Of a stretch of DNA of 57,915 bases, positions 10,136 to 19,812 are shown one piece after another. Position 1 is the first letter of the stretch; each line of letters starts with the position of its first letter. The position numbers and the translations under genes were made by a program. The notes beneath the pieces were generated by a model, which saw only the letters and a program-made list of their open reading frames with translations, made no database searches and was not told where the DNA came from. The stretch is from an uncultured virus (IMG/VR IMGVR_UViG_3300042884_001169) (Duplodnaviria > Heunggongvirae > Uroviricota > Caudoviricetes), in IMG/VR virus record IMGVR_UViG_3300042884_001169. One strand, written 5' to 3'.

Positions 10136-10351
10136 ATGGAAAACCAAGAAACTGAACCAACCCCAGAAGAGCGTGCAGTAGAAATCCTTTCCCTATTGTC
10201 CGAGCGACTCCCCACGCATGAATCAATTCTCAAAGGCGAATCATTGCCTGATTGGCTTCTTCAGCCTTGGGCTTCACGCCTTGGCGATTTAGACGATCCG
10301 GAACTTCCTCAAACGATTTTGAAAGCAGACGAGTGGCTCAAAAATCACTGA
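10136..10351 (+). CDS. hypothetical protein
   Basis: tightly packed ORF. Confidence 0.55.
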   Translation: MENQETEPTPEERAVEILSLLSERLPTHESILKGESLPDWLLQPWASRLGDLDDPELPQTILKADEWLKNH

Positions 10352-10776
10352 AGCAAGCGCCACGTCGACAAATCGAAAGCATTGATCGAGTTGGTGACTG
10401 GGGAGACGTCACCTACAGGCATAATCTGTCATGCGGACATGCGGAGATTCGGAAACGTAAAAGCACCAAAACTCATATTGCCTGCATGGGCTGCTTGAAG
10501 GCCTTTGATTTTCAAAACACAGCCTCTCCAGTGGTCCCACGGATTGAGCCGGTAGAACCCGTACTTCCGGAATGGACCGTTATAGAAGAAACCGCCTCGG
10601 GCGAGGCTCAGATAGAAAGACTTAGGGCCGCTATTGCAGCCCATAATGGCATTGCTGTCGATGCTGTCGATGTGGTTACGTCACAGCAGACGGCAGCCAC
10701 GGAAGTCGCGTATGTCTTGGCTTTTATCGATACTGCTTCAGCGCTCCGAATTCTTCGAAAAACGCACGATACTTGA
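10333..10776 (+). CDS. hypothetical protein (LSCGH..CMGC)
   Basis: GTG start overlapping the previous gene; stop overlaps the WhiB start. Confidence 0.6.
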   Translation: MAQKSLKQAPRRQIESIDRVGDWGDVTYRHNLSCGHAEIRKRKSTKTHIACMGCLKAFDFQNTASPVVPRIEPVEPVLPEWTVIEETASGEAQIERLRAAIAAHNGIAVDAVDVVTSQQTAATEVAYVLAFIDTASALRILRKTHDT

Positions 10777-11081
10777 CAAAACCCTATACGCTTGTATTTA
10801 TGAACACTACAGAGACTGATGAATGGGCTTGGGTTGCCGACGCAGCGTGTAAGGGGTATGACCCCAATATGTGGTTTGAGCCGACCGTAAATGATTTTGA
10901 AACTCAAGCAAAAAATAAAATTGCTAAATCGATTTGCTTATCCTGTCCGGTTAGGGACATGTGCCTTGAGTATTCTTTGCATTTCGAGCGTTACGGGATT
11001 TGGGGTGGGCTTGCTGCTAATGATCGAGAAAAAATTCGTCGCAGAAAGCACATAGACATAATTGTTCGTCGCCTAATTTAG
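10773..11081 (+). CDS. whiB: WhiB-family transcription factor
   Basis: AAC..C-x2-CPV..CL..GIWGG motif. Confidence 0.92.
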   Translation: MTKPYTLVFMNTTETDEWAWVADAACKGYDPNMWFEPTVNDFETQAKNKIAKSICLSCPVRDMCLEYSLHFERYGIWGGLAANDREKIRRRKHIDIIVRRLI

Positions 11082-11211
11082 TTTTTATTCGATAGTCATT
11101 TAGATTTACGATTTTCGATGCTGTCGTTATTAACTGCTAGGCACAATGATAAACCCTAAAACGTACAGATATTCGGTGGAACTCAAATAATTTCCCCGTA
11201 AAGTAATCATC

Positions 11212-11706
11212 ATGATTACTAACATGCAAAACGCACTCACCACATCCGACATGGTCACAGTCCCCGTCATTAGGAATATCAGGGAATCTAAAAATCTCTG
11301 CCTTGACTTTGACGCCGTACTCACCGCAGGGCCATCCCTCCGAGAAGTTAACTGGGGTCACCCCAATCACACCGTCATTGAATTCGACGACGTATGTGAC
11401 CCAATGGACAATGCGCCACAAATGACCCACATCGAAAAAATCGTTGACTTTTCGATTGCCTCAAACTCCAAGCGAACGCTAATCCATTGCCACGCAGGCA
11501 TGTGTCGTTCAACTGCCTCCGGAATCATCTTTCTCCTTACCCATGGAGTAGACGCCGAATTGGCCGTATCGACGCTCGCTTCAATTCACCCCGAAGAACG
11601 CACTTTCTGTCCGAATCCACAAATGATCAAACTTGCAAGCACATTCTTCGATTTGCCGGAATTGTCCGAAATCGTCGATTCCCACATCTACATCCCCAGC
11701 AGGTGA
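11212..11706 (+). CDS. protein-tyrosine/dual-specificity phosphatase-like protein
   Basis: HCHAGMCRS (Cx5R) P-loop, FDD acid loop, PN motif. Confidence 0.85.
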   Translation: MITNMQNALTTSDMVTVPVIRNIRESKNLCLDFDAVLTAGPSLREVNWGHPNHTVIEFDDVCDPMDNAPQMTHIEKIVDFSIASNSKRTLIHCHAGMCRSTASGIIFLLTHGVDAELAVSTLASIHPEERTFCPNPQMIKLASTFFDLPELSEIVDSHIYIPSR

Positions 11707-11710
11707 TCAA

Positions 11711-12583
11711 ATGACCCACAAAGTTTTTTTCAATAACGATTATGTGGCTTGTAATTACTCATTCGACACAACTCGCAAATCTGAAGAGATAGCAAAAAGT
11801 CTTAAAAATGTTTCTTCTGTATCCATAGAGGATCCATCCGCGTTTACAAAGACCACAGAAAACGTAATTCAACAGATTCACTCACCCGAGTATGTGCACG
11901 CCGTGAAAACCGGTAAGCCGCTACACCTTGCTGAATCTCAGGGGTTTCAATGGGATCCTGACATTTACACGATGGCCGTTGCTCACAACTCCGGGGTTGT
12001 GGCCGGGGTAGATCTGGTGCTGCACTCCACCGAGCGTTTTGTCGGAACCCTGTCTTCCGGCTTACATCATGCTAGTCGTGAGGCTGGCGAAGGTTTTTGC
12101 ACTTTCAATGGACTGTCAACGGCCAGTCAGCATGCTCTTAATTGTGGTGCCGAGCGGGTTTTGATTTTAGACTTCGACGATCATTGTGGTGGAGGGACCA
12201 GATCAACAACTGATGCCACGAAGGTCATCCAAGTTGATGTGTCAACAAACTATTACGACTCCTATAGCCCGGTCAATGAATTCGACTACTTTTCATGTTC
12301 TACAGTTGGTGCCTACCTAAAAGAAATCACTCTTGCTCTTCAGCATGCAGCCACTCTTGGTGGATTCGACCTCGTCATTTACAACGCTGGCATGGACCCC
12401 GCAAACAGCGGCGTGGACTACCCCACACTCCTCGCCCGTGAAGCCTTTGTATGCGAATGGGCACTCACTCAGAATGCGCCTTTGGTTTACACGATGGCTG
12501 GCGGTTACCTTGGAGCCGAGTTGGACATGGACGGACTGGTCTCGTTGCATCGCTTAACAATCGACACGTTTGCCTCTGCCTGA
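11711..12583 (+). CDS. histone-deacetylase-family (Zn-dependent amidohydrolase) protein
   Basis: GLHHA..GFCTFN, LDFDDHCGGGT, AGMDP, GGY. Confidence 0.85.
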   Translation: MTHKVFFNNDYVACNYSFDTTRKSEEIAKSLKNVSSVSIEDPSAFTKTTENVIQQIHSPEYVHAVKTGKPLHLAESQGFQWDPDIYTMAVAHNSGVVAGVDLVLHSTERFVGTLSSGLHHASREAGEGFCTFNGLSTASQHALNCGAERVLILDFDDHCGGGTRSTTDATKVIQVDVSTNYYDSYSPVNEFDYFSCSTVGAYLKEITLALQHAATLGGFDLVIYNAGMDPANSGVDYPTLLAREAFVCEWALTQNAPLVYTMAGGYLGAELDMDGLVSLHRLTIDTFASA

Positions 12584-12602
12584 TCCATTCTTGCCATAAA
12601 CT

Positions 12603-15323
12603 GTGAACATGGCACGTCGTCGCAACTTGCGCTGGATGAATCGAATTAGAGCATTGGGTCGCGGCATTGGCGCCGGATCTTCAAACGACCCAAGAGACGG
12701 AGACGGCGACGGTTTCTATAGTCGAAAGCCGGGGATGCCAGATGAAACCCCAGTCCCCGCGCGCGTTGGGGCGAGTGAGACTTCTTCCGCGCGTGGGATC
12801 GGAATCCAAGACAGGTTTGCAGAAATTTTCTTAGCGAGAGACAGTCAGTTCACCCTTGAAAATCAACGCGAAGCCCATAAATCTGCCTTAGAGCGACAGC
12901 AGAGGGTCATCACCAAATATGGCGATATTCGATCAAAACGAAAAGCCGCACAGGCGTTGATGCGCGCTTATCCAAACTCGAACTTTCGTGATCTTTTTGA
13001 TGATCAAGACCGAAGCCTCAATGACGCCGCTTTCGACATGGTCGTTGGAATGCTCGACATGGCTGACCAATATCCAAAGATTGCGCTGAGAACCCTCGTC
13101 ATTAAAAAGGATAAAGGCGGAAAAGAGCGCGGCGGCAGTCACACGTTGACGGATAAAAGATTGTCAGGGCTACATATGAACAATCCGGCACCGATTGGAC
13201 ACATATTCTCCTTGAATACTTCCTACGCCGCGATCGAAAGGATCACAGACGAAGACAACGATCCTGCGACTTCAGCCTTCCCTTGGGCATTACTAATGGG
13301 CTTAGCAATGAAAGAAAACTCCTCTGAGTTTTCCGATGAAGACGTGGCGCGGATTGTTAATCAGGGAATTGCGGTCCACGAGTTCGGCCACGCCCTTCAC
13401 GCATCCTATGGGTTTGAATGGCATGGAATGTTGCCCGAAGGCAAACCCGGTCCGACTGATGGTTATGAAGATTCATTGTTTGACGTTTTGGATAGATTTT
13501 ATACATATAAAATATCAAGCGTAATTGATATTGATGAAGTTAAAGAAGCGTGGGACGACGCATCGGAAACAAAGCAACAAGAATCCCCCATTAATAATCC
13601 GACAGAAAACCATGAACGCTTAATTGAAGTTGGACGCACAGTAATTAGAGATATTGTGGAGCGTGAGGGACTCGTCGATGACGCCGTTAAAGAACTAACA
13701 CAAAAGTGGGTAAGTGAAATTGCGGCTCGCCACTACTGGGATGGCTATTCAGGCGACCCGGAAAAACGCCTAAATCTTCGAAAAGGCTTGAGCAAAGTTT
13801 CCACATACGCAATAAAGGGTAATCGAACTGATCCATCTAGCCAATATATAGAAGGCGTTGCTGAGACTTTCAGTGCGCAACAGTTTGGCTATCGCGCTGA
13901 GGCGGAAGCAGTAAGGGAACATATTGTTGAGATAATGAAGCAGGCGCAAAAAGTTGCCACTCAAGAAACCAAAGGATACGAATTCGATCCAGATCGAGTT
14001 GACGAGAATTTCAACAAGCCGATTAAAGGCGAATTACCCGTCGCGCAGGGTTGTCTGGGACTTGAACCGCTGCCGCTTGAAACTGTTGATCGCGAGGCTC
14101 AACGCGCTCCGCGCAAACTTAAAGGGAAGGCTTTAGGTGCGCCCATCGGGGGAACTGATGAGCCTCAAGATGGCGACAATGATGGAAAGTACACAGCGGT
14201 TCCGGGTGGCGAAGACAATGTCCCCATGCCCCCAAAATCCGTTAAGGAAGTCGTTGAGTGGGAAAGAATACAAGACATCATCAACTTCGATGTTTTCTCA
14301 GAAAGAATCACCGATCTAGATGAGGACGACGCTGCGTATGACGTCCGTCAGCAGGGTGTAGATGCATGGAGCATGTGGGGGGCGTGCAGATCCATTAGGA
14401 AAGCCGCTTACAGGTTGGCCGGACTTTCCCCAGATATTCAAGACCCGAACATTGAACGTCAAGGCGGATACTTTGGTGGCGGTTGGGAAGTGGCAGAAGA
14501 CGATGATCAAATCACCGAATACGCGAGATACTTCATGGCCGAACTTGTTGTTGGCACGCGCGGTGGATATTCAGGAAATAACCGAAGCCTTTTTCGGTCT
14601 GCTGATGTCGATGAAGATGAACGTGAAGGGTTCGAGAAGGCGATGTCTAAGGGTTCAATCGTTGACATTCCTCTTTTAGCGACCGCAGATCGTCGCAGCC
14701 AAGGCTTGAAAGAGTATTTGACGAGATACGGCAAAGACTATTTGATTGAAATCGAAAGCGGTGCGGAAAGTGCCGAAGCCGGAGCATTCGATCCGATGTG
14801 GAGCCGAAAAGACGAAGACGACACCCTGAACCGAATCGAGGGGCTGGCCCAGTCAATACAGGATGAAATCGATGCTGGTTATTTCGATGATGATAAAGAC
14901 GAAAAAAAAGAACGCGAAGAACAAGTAAAACTCATGCGCGAACTTGTTGATGCCTACGAAAAGGCGCGTGAAGAAAGTTCCGAAAAGCGAGCCAAGGCGC
15001 GCGAACAACTCGCAGAAGCAGTCTCCGATTATTTCGGTGGGGACGTAGAAGGCACCTTCGAAGACGGTGAAGGTTTGAACTGGGAAGGTGAAGAGATAAC
15101 CGAAGATGACGGGCAAGCCTTTTGGGAGGCTTACGACTCGCTGTACATGGGCGGATATTCCGAAACCCAGCCAAGAGAACAAATAACGGGTGGCAGATTC
15201 GAAGTTCGTGAAGTAGCCGAAGACCCTGAAGGTGTTTACGGCAAAATCATTAGGTTGCGGCAAATCGGTGTCTTCGATCCGCAAAACCCCGGTCTTGTAG
15301 TCCCCAAAGTAAAGAAAGACTAG
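12603..15323 (+). CDS. 906-aa two-module putative virion protein: zincin metallopeptidase plus ADP-ribosyltransferase-like domain
   Basis: HEFGH..EGVAE; second module LFRS..LLAT..IEIE..EQITGGRFEV; each module is preceded by a DPxDGDxDG motif. Confidence 0.6.
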   Translation: MNMARRRNLRWMNRIRALGRGIGAGSSNDPRDGDGDGFYSRKPGMPDETPVPARVGASETSSARGIGIQDRFAEIFLARDSQFTLENQREAHKSALERQQRVITKYGDIRSKRKAAQALMRAYPNSNFRDLFDDQDRSLNDAAFDMVVGMLDMADQYPKIALRTLVIKKDKGGKERGGSHTLTDKRLSGLHMNNPAPIGHIFSLNTSYAAIERITDEDNDPATSAFPWALLMGLAMKENSSEFSDEDVARIVNQGIAVHEFGHALHASYGFEWHGMLPEGKPGPTDGYEDSLFDVLDRFYTYKISSVIDIDEVKEAWDDASETKQQESPINNPTENHERLIEVGRTVIRDIVEREGLVDDAVKELTQKWVSEIAARHYWDGYSGDPEKRLNLRKGLSKVSTYAIKGNRTDPSSQYIEGVAETFSAQQFGYRAEAEAVREHIVEIMKQAQKVATQETKGYEFDPDRVDENFNKPIKGELPVAQGCLGLEPLPLETVDREAQRAPRKLKGKALGAPIGGTDEPQDGDNDGKYTAVPGGEDNVPMPPKSVKEVVEWERIQDIINFDVFSERITDLDEDDAAYDVRQQGVDAWSMWGACRSIRKAAYRLAGLSPDIQDPNIERQGGYFGGGWEVAEDDDQITEYARYFMAELVVGTRGGYSGNNRSLFRSADVDEDEREGFEKAMSKGSIVDIPLLATADRRSQGLKEYLTRYGKDYLIEIESGAESAEAGAFDPMWSRKDEDDTLNRIEGLAQSIQDEIDAGYFDDDKDEKKEREEQVKLMRELVDAYEKAREESSEKRAKAREQLAEAVSDYFGGDVEGTFEDGEGLNWEGEEITEDDGQAFWEAYDSLYMGGYSETQPREQITGGRFEVREVAEDPEGVYGKIIRLRQIGVFDPQNPGLVVPKVKKD

Positions 15324-15333
15324 GATTGTAACT

Positions 15334-15555
15334 ATGGGTAATCCGGTATGGATCGACGATTTCAATAAGCCGCTAACCGATGGCGTTAGAACTCGGTCCC
15401 CTCGACATGCGGACCGTCAGCGCGCTAATCCTAATGTGGCGTTGCGTGATGGTTCTCGTAGTGAAACGAGGCGGGATGGAATTAAACCACTGAAGTCCGT
15501 TCGCTACGACTCAGATTTAACAGGCGGTTTTGCTGACACCGTACCCGGCGTTTAG
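15334..15555 (+). CDS. hypothetical protein
   Basis: AGGA RBS; follows the 906-aa gene. Confidence 0.5.
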   Translation: MGNPVWIDDFNKPLTDGVRTRSPRHADRQRANPNVALRDGSRSETRRDGIKPLKSVRYDSDLTGGFADTVPGV

Positions 15556-15559
15556 AAAA

Positions 15560-16270
15560 CTACTCACGGACAACACTCATGTCGGCGTGTCCACGGCTTT
15601 CTACGGAACCAATGCACTCTGGGTAATGGCGACCGATGCAGTCTTTGCGGACATAGGTCGGCACGCCATGAAAATGAAGCGCATCGTAATGAAGGCAAGG
15701 ATCGTCGGACATTTGAGTTTCAAGGTCCCAGCGCCAGCGTACGAATCGAAGCAAGTCCCTGCGAATCATGATAAATGCCGCAGTGGCCATGTGCTCTTGC
15801 ACTGGGAATGGGTATCTATCAACGACCGGCCCTTCAAGACAGTACGTTGAAACCTCTCCGCCAACTAAGGCGTGATCGAGTTCGAGCAACTTGTCGATTG
15901 CGTCACCGGGCGGTTCGCAGTCGGCCGCCATAAAGAGAAGATGCGTGCTTGTTGGAACGGAAATCGTGTAGTCCGTAACAATGTTTTGACCAAGCGTGAT
16001 GTGACGAAGTCTGTTCTTCGTTGTGACTTCGGTACGTCCATCATCAAGTGAGTATGTGAAGTATTCACCGCCGACTTCAGCAAGACGGTCTAGTAGGGGC
16101 TGAAATGGAGCGATTCCCCTAGCGTCAACTTCGATTGCAGCAAAGAAGTGAACTGGATAGCCAGCCTCAGACCCACGCTGTTGCATTTCTTCAGCGGTTC
16201 TGATCCATGCTCCCCATGTGTCCGGGTCGTCCATAATGAAGGCTGCGCACGTTGTTCCAACAACAATCAC
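15560..16270 (-). CDS. glycosyltransferase-like (GT-A fold) protein
   Basis: GTGA overlap with the upstream stop; THLLFMAADC and SDDPC; sits in an epimerase operon. Confidence 0.6.
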   Translation of the reverse strand: MIVVGTTCAAFIMDDPDTWGAWIRTAEEMQQRGSEAGYPVHFFAAIEVDARGIAPFQPLLDRLAEVGGEYFTYSLDDGRTEVTTKNRLRHITLGQNIVTDYTISVPTSTHLLFMAADCEPPGDAIDKLLELDHALVGGEVSTYCLEGPVVDRYPFPVQEHMATAAFIMIRRDLLRFVRWRWDLETQMSDDPCLHYDALHFHGVPTYVRKDCIGRHYPECIGSVESRGHADMSVVRE

Positions 16271-16842
16271 TTCATGCTCCAAATCTGGTAGGAGTAGGTG
16301 TCTGAAAACACTACGTCGATTCGACAGATGGTTTCTCCCCATCCGGATTTATTTAAAATACTAAGCAGGCCCTCTTGGTCCCAGCCCCAAAGATGCTCCG
16401 GGTTAGCCTCGCCGTCTTCGTCAAGGTCTTCGCCAATGGGAGTTGAAAGTAAAAGCAGCGTTGATTTTTCGCGAATCTTGCGAAGAGCCGCTTCTGGGTT
16501 TTCTAAATGCTCAATGGTTTCTGAAAGTACAAATAGATCCACATTAGGAATCTTATCAATGGTCTTGCTTATGGGTCCAGTAAGGTCATAACCCTTTGCA
16601 AAATCGCCAAGAAACAGCGTCGTGTTCTCATCGGCAATACCTTTGGGGATAGCAGCATTACCGGTGGAGAGATCCGCTATCGAATGAATAGGGAACTGAC
16701 GTCCCAGCCATTTGCCCATTTCGATAGTTGACTGGACCCTTATGTCGTGGCTGGAACCCCACGCCATGTGGTCGTGAGGCTCTGGGTAGAGTTCTTTCAA
16801 CTCCACGCTGTCTGGATTGGTTCGAAGCCGTTTAATGTACAT
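16267..16842 (-). CDS. SAM-dependent methyltransferase-like protein
   Basis: IADLSTGN and VLSETIEHLENP..LLLSTP. Confidence 0.7.
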   Translation of the reverse strand: MYIKRLRTNPDSVELKELYPEPHDHMAWGSSHDIRVQSTIEMGKWLGRQFPIHSIADLSTGNAAIPKGIADENTTLFLGDFAKGYDLTGPISKTIDKIPNVDLFVLSETIEHLENPEAALRKIREKSTLLLLSTPIGEDLDEDGEANPEHLWGWDQEGLLSILNKSGWGETICRIDVVFSDTYSYQIWSMK

Positions 16843-17735
16843 CAGGACTTGAGGGCCTCAGCGATTCCTTGTTCCAAGGAGATCTTTGGCGTGTAGAAAT
16901 TGCTGAGTTCTACGGTGCTTCCAACCCGGTAGACGGCACCAATCGGCTCGTCTTTGAAATGAACGATTTCGCCAGTGTAGCCAGCGGTTTCCATAAACTT
17001 CTCGGCAAGGGTGTTGAAGTCGGTTGCGATTCCCGTTCCAAGATTTAATGGGCCGTCAATGTCTTCTAGGCCCACAAGGATCGATGCTGCGGCCACGTCA
17101 TCGATGTGGATGAAGTCTCTGACTTGAGTTCCGTCTCCCCAGACAGGAAATGGGTTGACTCTTTCCCTAGCCCGTTTTGCAAATGAAGGGAAGGGGTAGT
17201 CGAGGTCTTGGTCCGAACCGTATCCAGAGAATGGTCGGAGGACTGAAACTTGTCCGCCAGATTTCTGGTACCAATGAGCGAGATGTTCGCCGGTTAACTT
17301 TACCCAGCCGTAAGATGTGTCGGGCGTTCCAACGGTCTCCTCGCCAATACGGATGTCTGACTCTTTTAGTTGATAAGCGTCCTTCTGTAAGTGCATGGGG
17401 TAGGCGGCGCTAGATGAGTAATAAATGATACGTCGAGGCTTCTTACGTTCTGCCCATTCGAAGAGCGCAGCGTCCAACTGGAGGTCTCTGGTGGCAAGCG
17501 TGAGCGGTTGATACTCAATGGTGTGGCGACCACCGACTAAAGCGGCGCAGTGGTACACGAGGTCAAACGCTGGTCCATCGTCGTCTCGAAAGAACTGTTC
17601 TGCGGATTTCCCGGATTTTAGATCAATGCCAACAATGTCGACATTGAGGTCAGAGCGACTTTTGAGTTGATGCTCTAAATGACGACCGATAAAGCCTTCA
17701 TTGCCTGTAATCAATACTCTCAGGGTTACCATCAT
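16842..17735 (-). CDS. NAD-dependent nucleotide-sugar epimerase/dehydratase
   Basis: GNEGFIG, SSSAAY, YGWVK (YxxxK), GDGTQVRDFIHIDD. Confidence 0.92.
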   Translation of the reverse strand: MMVTLRVLITGNEGFIGRHLEHQLKSRSDLNVDIVGIDLKSGKSAEQFFRDDDGPAFDLVYHCAALVGGRHTIEYQPLTLATRDLQLDAALFEWAERKKPRRIIYYSSSAAYPMHLQKDAYQLKESDIRIGEETVGTPDTSYGWVKLTGEHLAHWYQKSGGQVSVLRPFSGYGSDQDLDYPFPSFAKRARERVNPFPVWGDGTQVRDFIHIDDVAAASILVGLEDIDGPLNLGTGIATDFNTLAEKFMETAGYTGEIVHFKDEPIGAVYRVGSTVELSNFYTPKISLEQGIAEALKS

Positions 17736-17812
17736 TTGGTCATTCTAACTCGCCTCAAACGCAAGAGCGAGGGAGCCTTTTCTAAATTCTTTTATGACAT
17801 TTGACACTTGTG

Positions 17813-17841
17813 TTGTGATTTAACTGGGGAGTCGGTAAGAT
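17813..17841 (+). promoter_or_regulatory. early-type promoter TTGTGA-N17-TAAGAT
   Basis: same architecture as the promoters at 44942, 46632, 50716 and 51296. Confidence 0.65.
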
Positions 17842-17878
17842 TCATCCATCGAACTACTTACCCCCTAAGGAGATACAA

Positions 17879-18895
17879 ATGCACGATCTTGAAATCGACG
17901 ACCGAGGCGCCCGCATGGCATTCGCTGGTCAGATCCCATGGCACCGACTCGGCCAACAGATGAACGGCCTTCAAAACATCGACGCAATGCTCGAAGCGGC
18001 ACGAGCCGACTTCGAAGTTCGACTCACCCGAGTCGCAGCAGTAGACGAAGATGGCAACCTCATCATCAACCCCGATGGCACACCAGTAATCGTCGAAGAC
18101 TCCCGTGCCACCGTTCGGATGAATCCAGACGGTTCAGTCGATGGTCTCGCAACAGTCGGGACCCGATTTGTCGTAAAGCAAAACCGCGAAATCACAGAAC
18201 GTGCGCTCGCCGTCGTCGGAGCATCACACGGTGACGCCGTAATCGACACAATGGGCGTCCTTGACGGGGGCCGCGAATTCTTTACCTCAATCGATCTCGG
18301 CTCACTCATCATCGACCCAATGGGCGTCAGCGATGAAATCAAGCGATTCCTTCTAGTCCGGAATGGCCATAACGGCAAAGTTCCGATCGTCTACGCCAAC
18401 ACAGACATTCGAGCAGTGTGCAAGAACACCGTCATGATGGCCATGAACGACGCTCAGCGTGTGTTCAAGGCCCGCCACACAGCAAACGCGGACTCTGCAA
18501 TTGAAGACGCACAGCAGGTCCTCCAGATCAGTACAGAATGGGCCAAGTCATTCAAGCAGACGGCAGAAGAAATGCTTTCAATCCCCGTCAGCGTCGGCAG
18601 CGGTCGAATTGACCGGGTTCTAAACAAGGTGTTCCCCGAGAAGTCCGGTGAATCTGACCGTCAAAAGCAGAACCGACTCGAAGTTGTCAGCCTCGTCCGA
18701 GGTATCTACGGCAACGATCGAAATGCTGGAGGATTCGGCGAAAACGGTTGGTCGCTTTACAACTCAGTGGTTGAGTATCTTGACCATTTCCGAGATGGCA
18801 AGCCCGACGAACGAGCGCTCACCTCTATGGATGACAACTCTTGGGTCACTAAAACCAAGTTGACCGCTCAGGCTGCAGTTCTCGCCCTAGCCTGA
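17879..18895 (+). CDS. DUF932-family phage protein
   Basis: PWHRLG, QNRE, RAVCKNT, RHT, WSLYNSVVEYLDH. Confidence 0.88.
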   Translation: MHDLEIDDRGARMAFAGQIPWHRLGQQMNGLQNIDAMLEAARADFEVRLTRVAAVDEDGNLIINPDGTPVIVEDSRATVRMNPDGSVDGLATVGTRFVVKQNREITERALAVVGASHGDAVIDTMGVLDGGREFFTSIDLGSLIIDPMGVSDEIKRFLLVRNGHNGKVPIVYANTDIRAVCKNTVMMAMNDAQRVFKARHTANADSAIEDAQQVLQISTEWAKSFKQTAEEMLSIPVSVGSGRIDRVLNKVFPEKSGESDRQKQNRLEVVSLVRGIYGNDRNAGGFGENGWSLYNSVVEYLDHFRDGKPDERALTSMDDNSWVTKTKLTAQAAVLALA

Positions 18896-18911
18896 GTAAA
18901 CGAATAGGAAG

Positions 18912-18948
18912 AAAAGAACCCCGGAGCAGTTGGCCGGGGTTCTTTTTT
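18912..18948. terminator. bidirectional terminator
   Basis: AAAAGAACCCCGG..CCGGGGTTCTTTTT. Confidence 0.85.
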
Positions 18949-19222
18949 ATTCCATCATGCTGGGAGGCGCACCGTCCCCAATCCACAGGGAAACATTGGC
19001 GCGATCGCCGTCCACTGAAATGACCTCACAATCAATGACTTCCAAAATGATTTGAGCAGCATCACTCATTGCTTCACGAAATTCATCTGATTCGGCTTGT
19101 GTCAGATCTTCCCCGTCGCTTAAATCATAAAGAAGATTAGAGATAATCTCTAAAATCTTTATACGAGCCTCGGGAACTGTAATTTTTTCTGTTGACATAG
19201 GTTGTACCTTAGCATCACACAA
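18947..19222 (-). CDS. hypothetical protein
   Basis: ORF converging on the terminator. Confidence 0.55.
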   Translation of the reverse strand: MCDAKVQPMSTEKITVPEARIKILEIISNLLYDLSDGEDLTQAESDEFREAMSDAAQIILEVIDCEVISVDGDRANVSLWIGDGAPPSMME

Positions 19223-19278
19223 GGTAAGGTGACCGCCTCGCCGTTACGACGGACGAGACATCTGGAGGAACCGGAGAC

Positions 19279-19731
19279 ATGGCAGCATCACCCACAACAC
19301 TTGTTGGCAACCTGACAGCGGATCCCAATCTTACGTTCACTGGAGCCGGAGCGGCTCGACTGACGTTTTCGATTGCGGTTAATCACGTTTGGCGGGATGC
19401 CGACGGCGAACAGCAAAAAAAGGTATCTTTCTTTGATTGCGTTGCATGGCGTCAGACAGCAGAAAACGCTGCTGATGTTCTTGAAAAAGGTGTCGGCGTA
19501 ATCGTCGTCGGTCGCCTTGAGCAGCGTTCTTGGGAAGACAAAGAAACTGGCGACAAGCGGTCGAAGATCGAGGTTGTTGCAGACGACATTGCGGTGTCGG
19601 TGCGAGCAATCGAAGGAATTACCCGTCGAGCCGCTAGCGAAAACGGTGCACAGAATGGAAAGGCCCCCAGCCCTTCCACTCCACGCCGACCCGCTCGTCA
19701 GACAGTTGCAGACGACGAAGAGCCGTTCTAA
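19279..19731 (+). CDS. ssb: single-stranded DNA-binding protein
   Basis: VGNLTADP, GRLEQRSWE, acidic tail DDEEPF. Confidence 0.95.
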   Translation: MAASPTTLVGNLTADPNLTFTGAGAARLTFSIAVNHVWRDADGEQQKKVSFFDCVAWRQTAENAADVLEKGVGVIVVGRLEQRSWEDKETGDKRSKIEVVADDIAVSVRAIEGITRRAASENGAQNGKAPSPSTPRRPARQTVADDEEPF

Positions 19732-19752
19732 ACTAAAAGTGTGACCAAGAGG

Positions 19753-19778
19753 ACCCCTGCTTCGGCGGGGGTTTTCTT
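19753..19778 (+). terminator. intrinsic terminator after ssb
   Basis: ACCCCTGC-TTCG-GCGGGGGTTTT. Confidence 0.75.
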
Positions 19779-19812
19779 GTTTTATACCTATTTTATTTTT
19801 GGAGAGAAAGAA

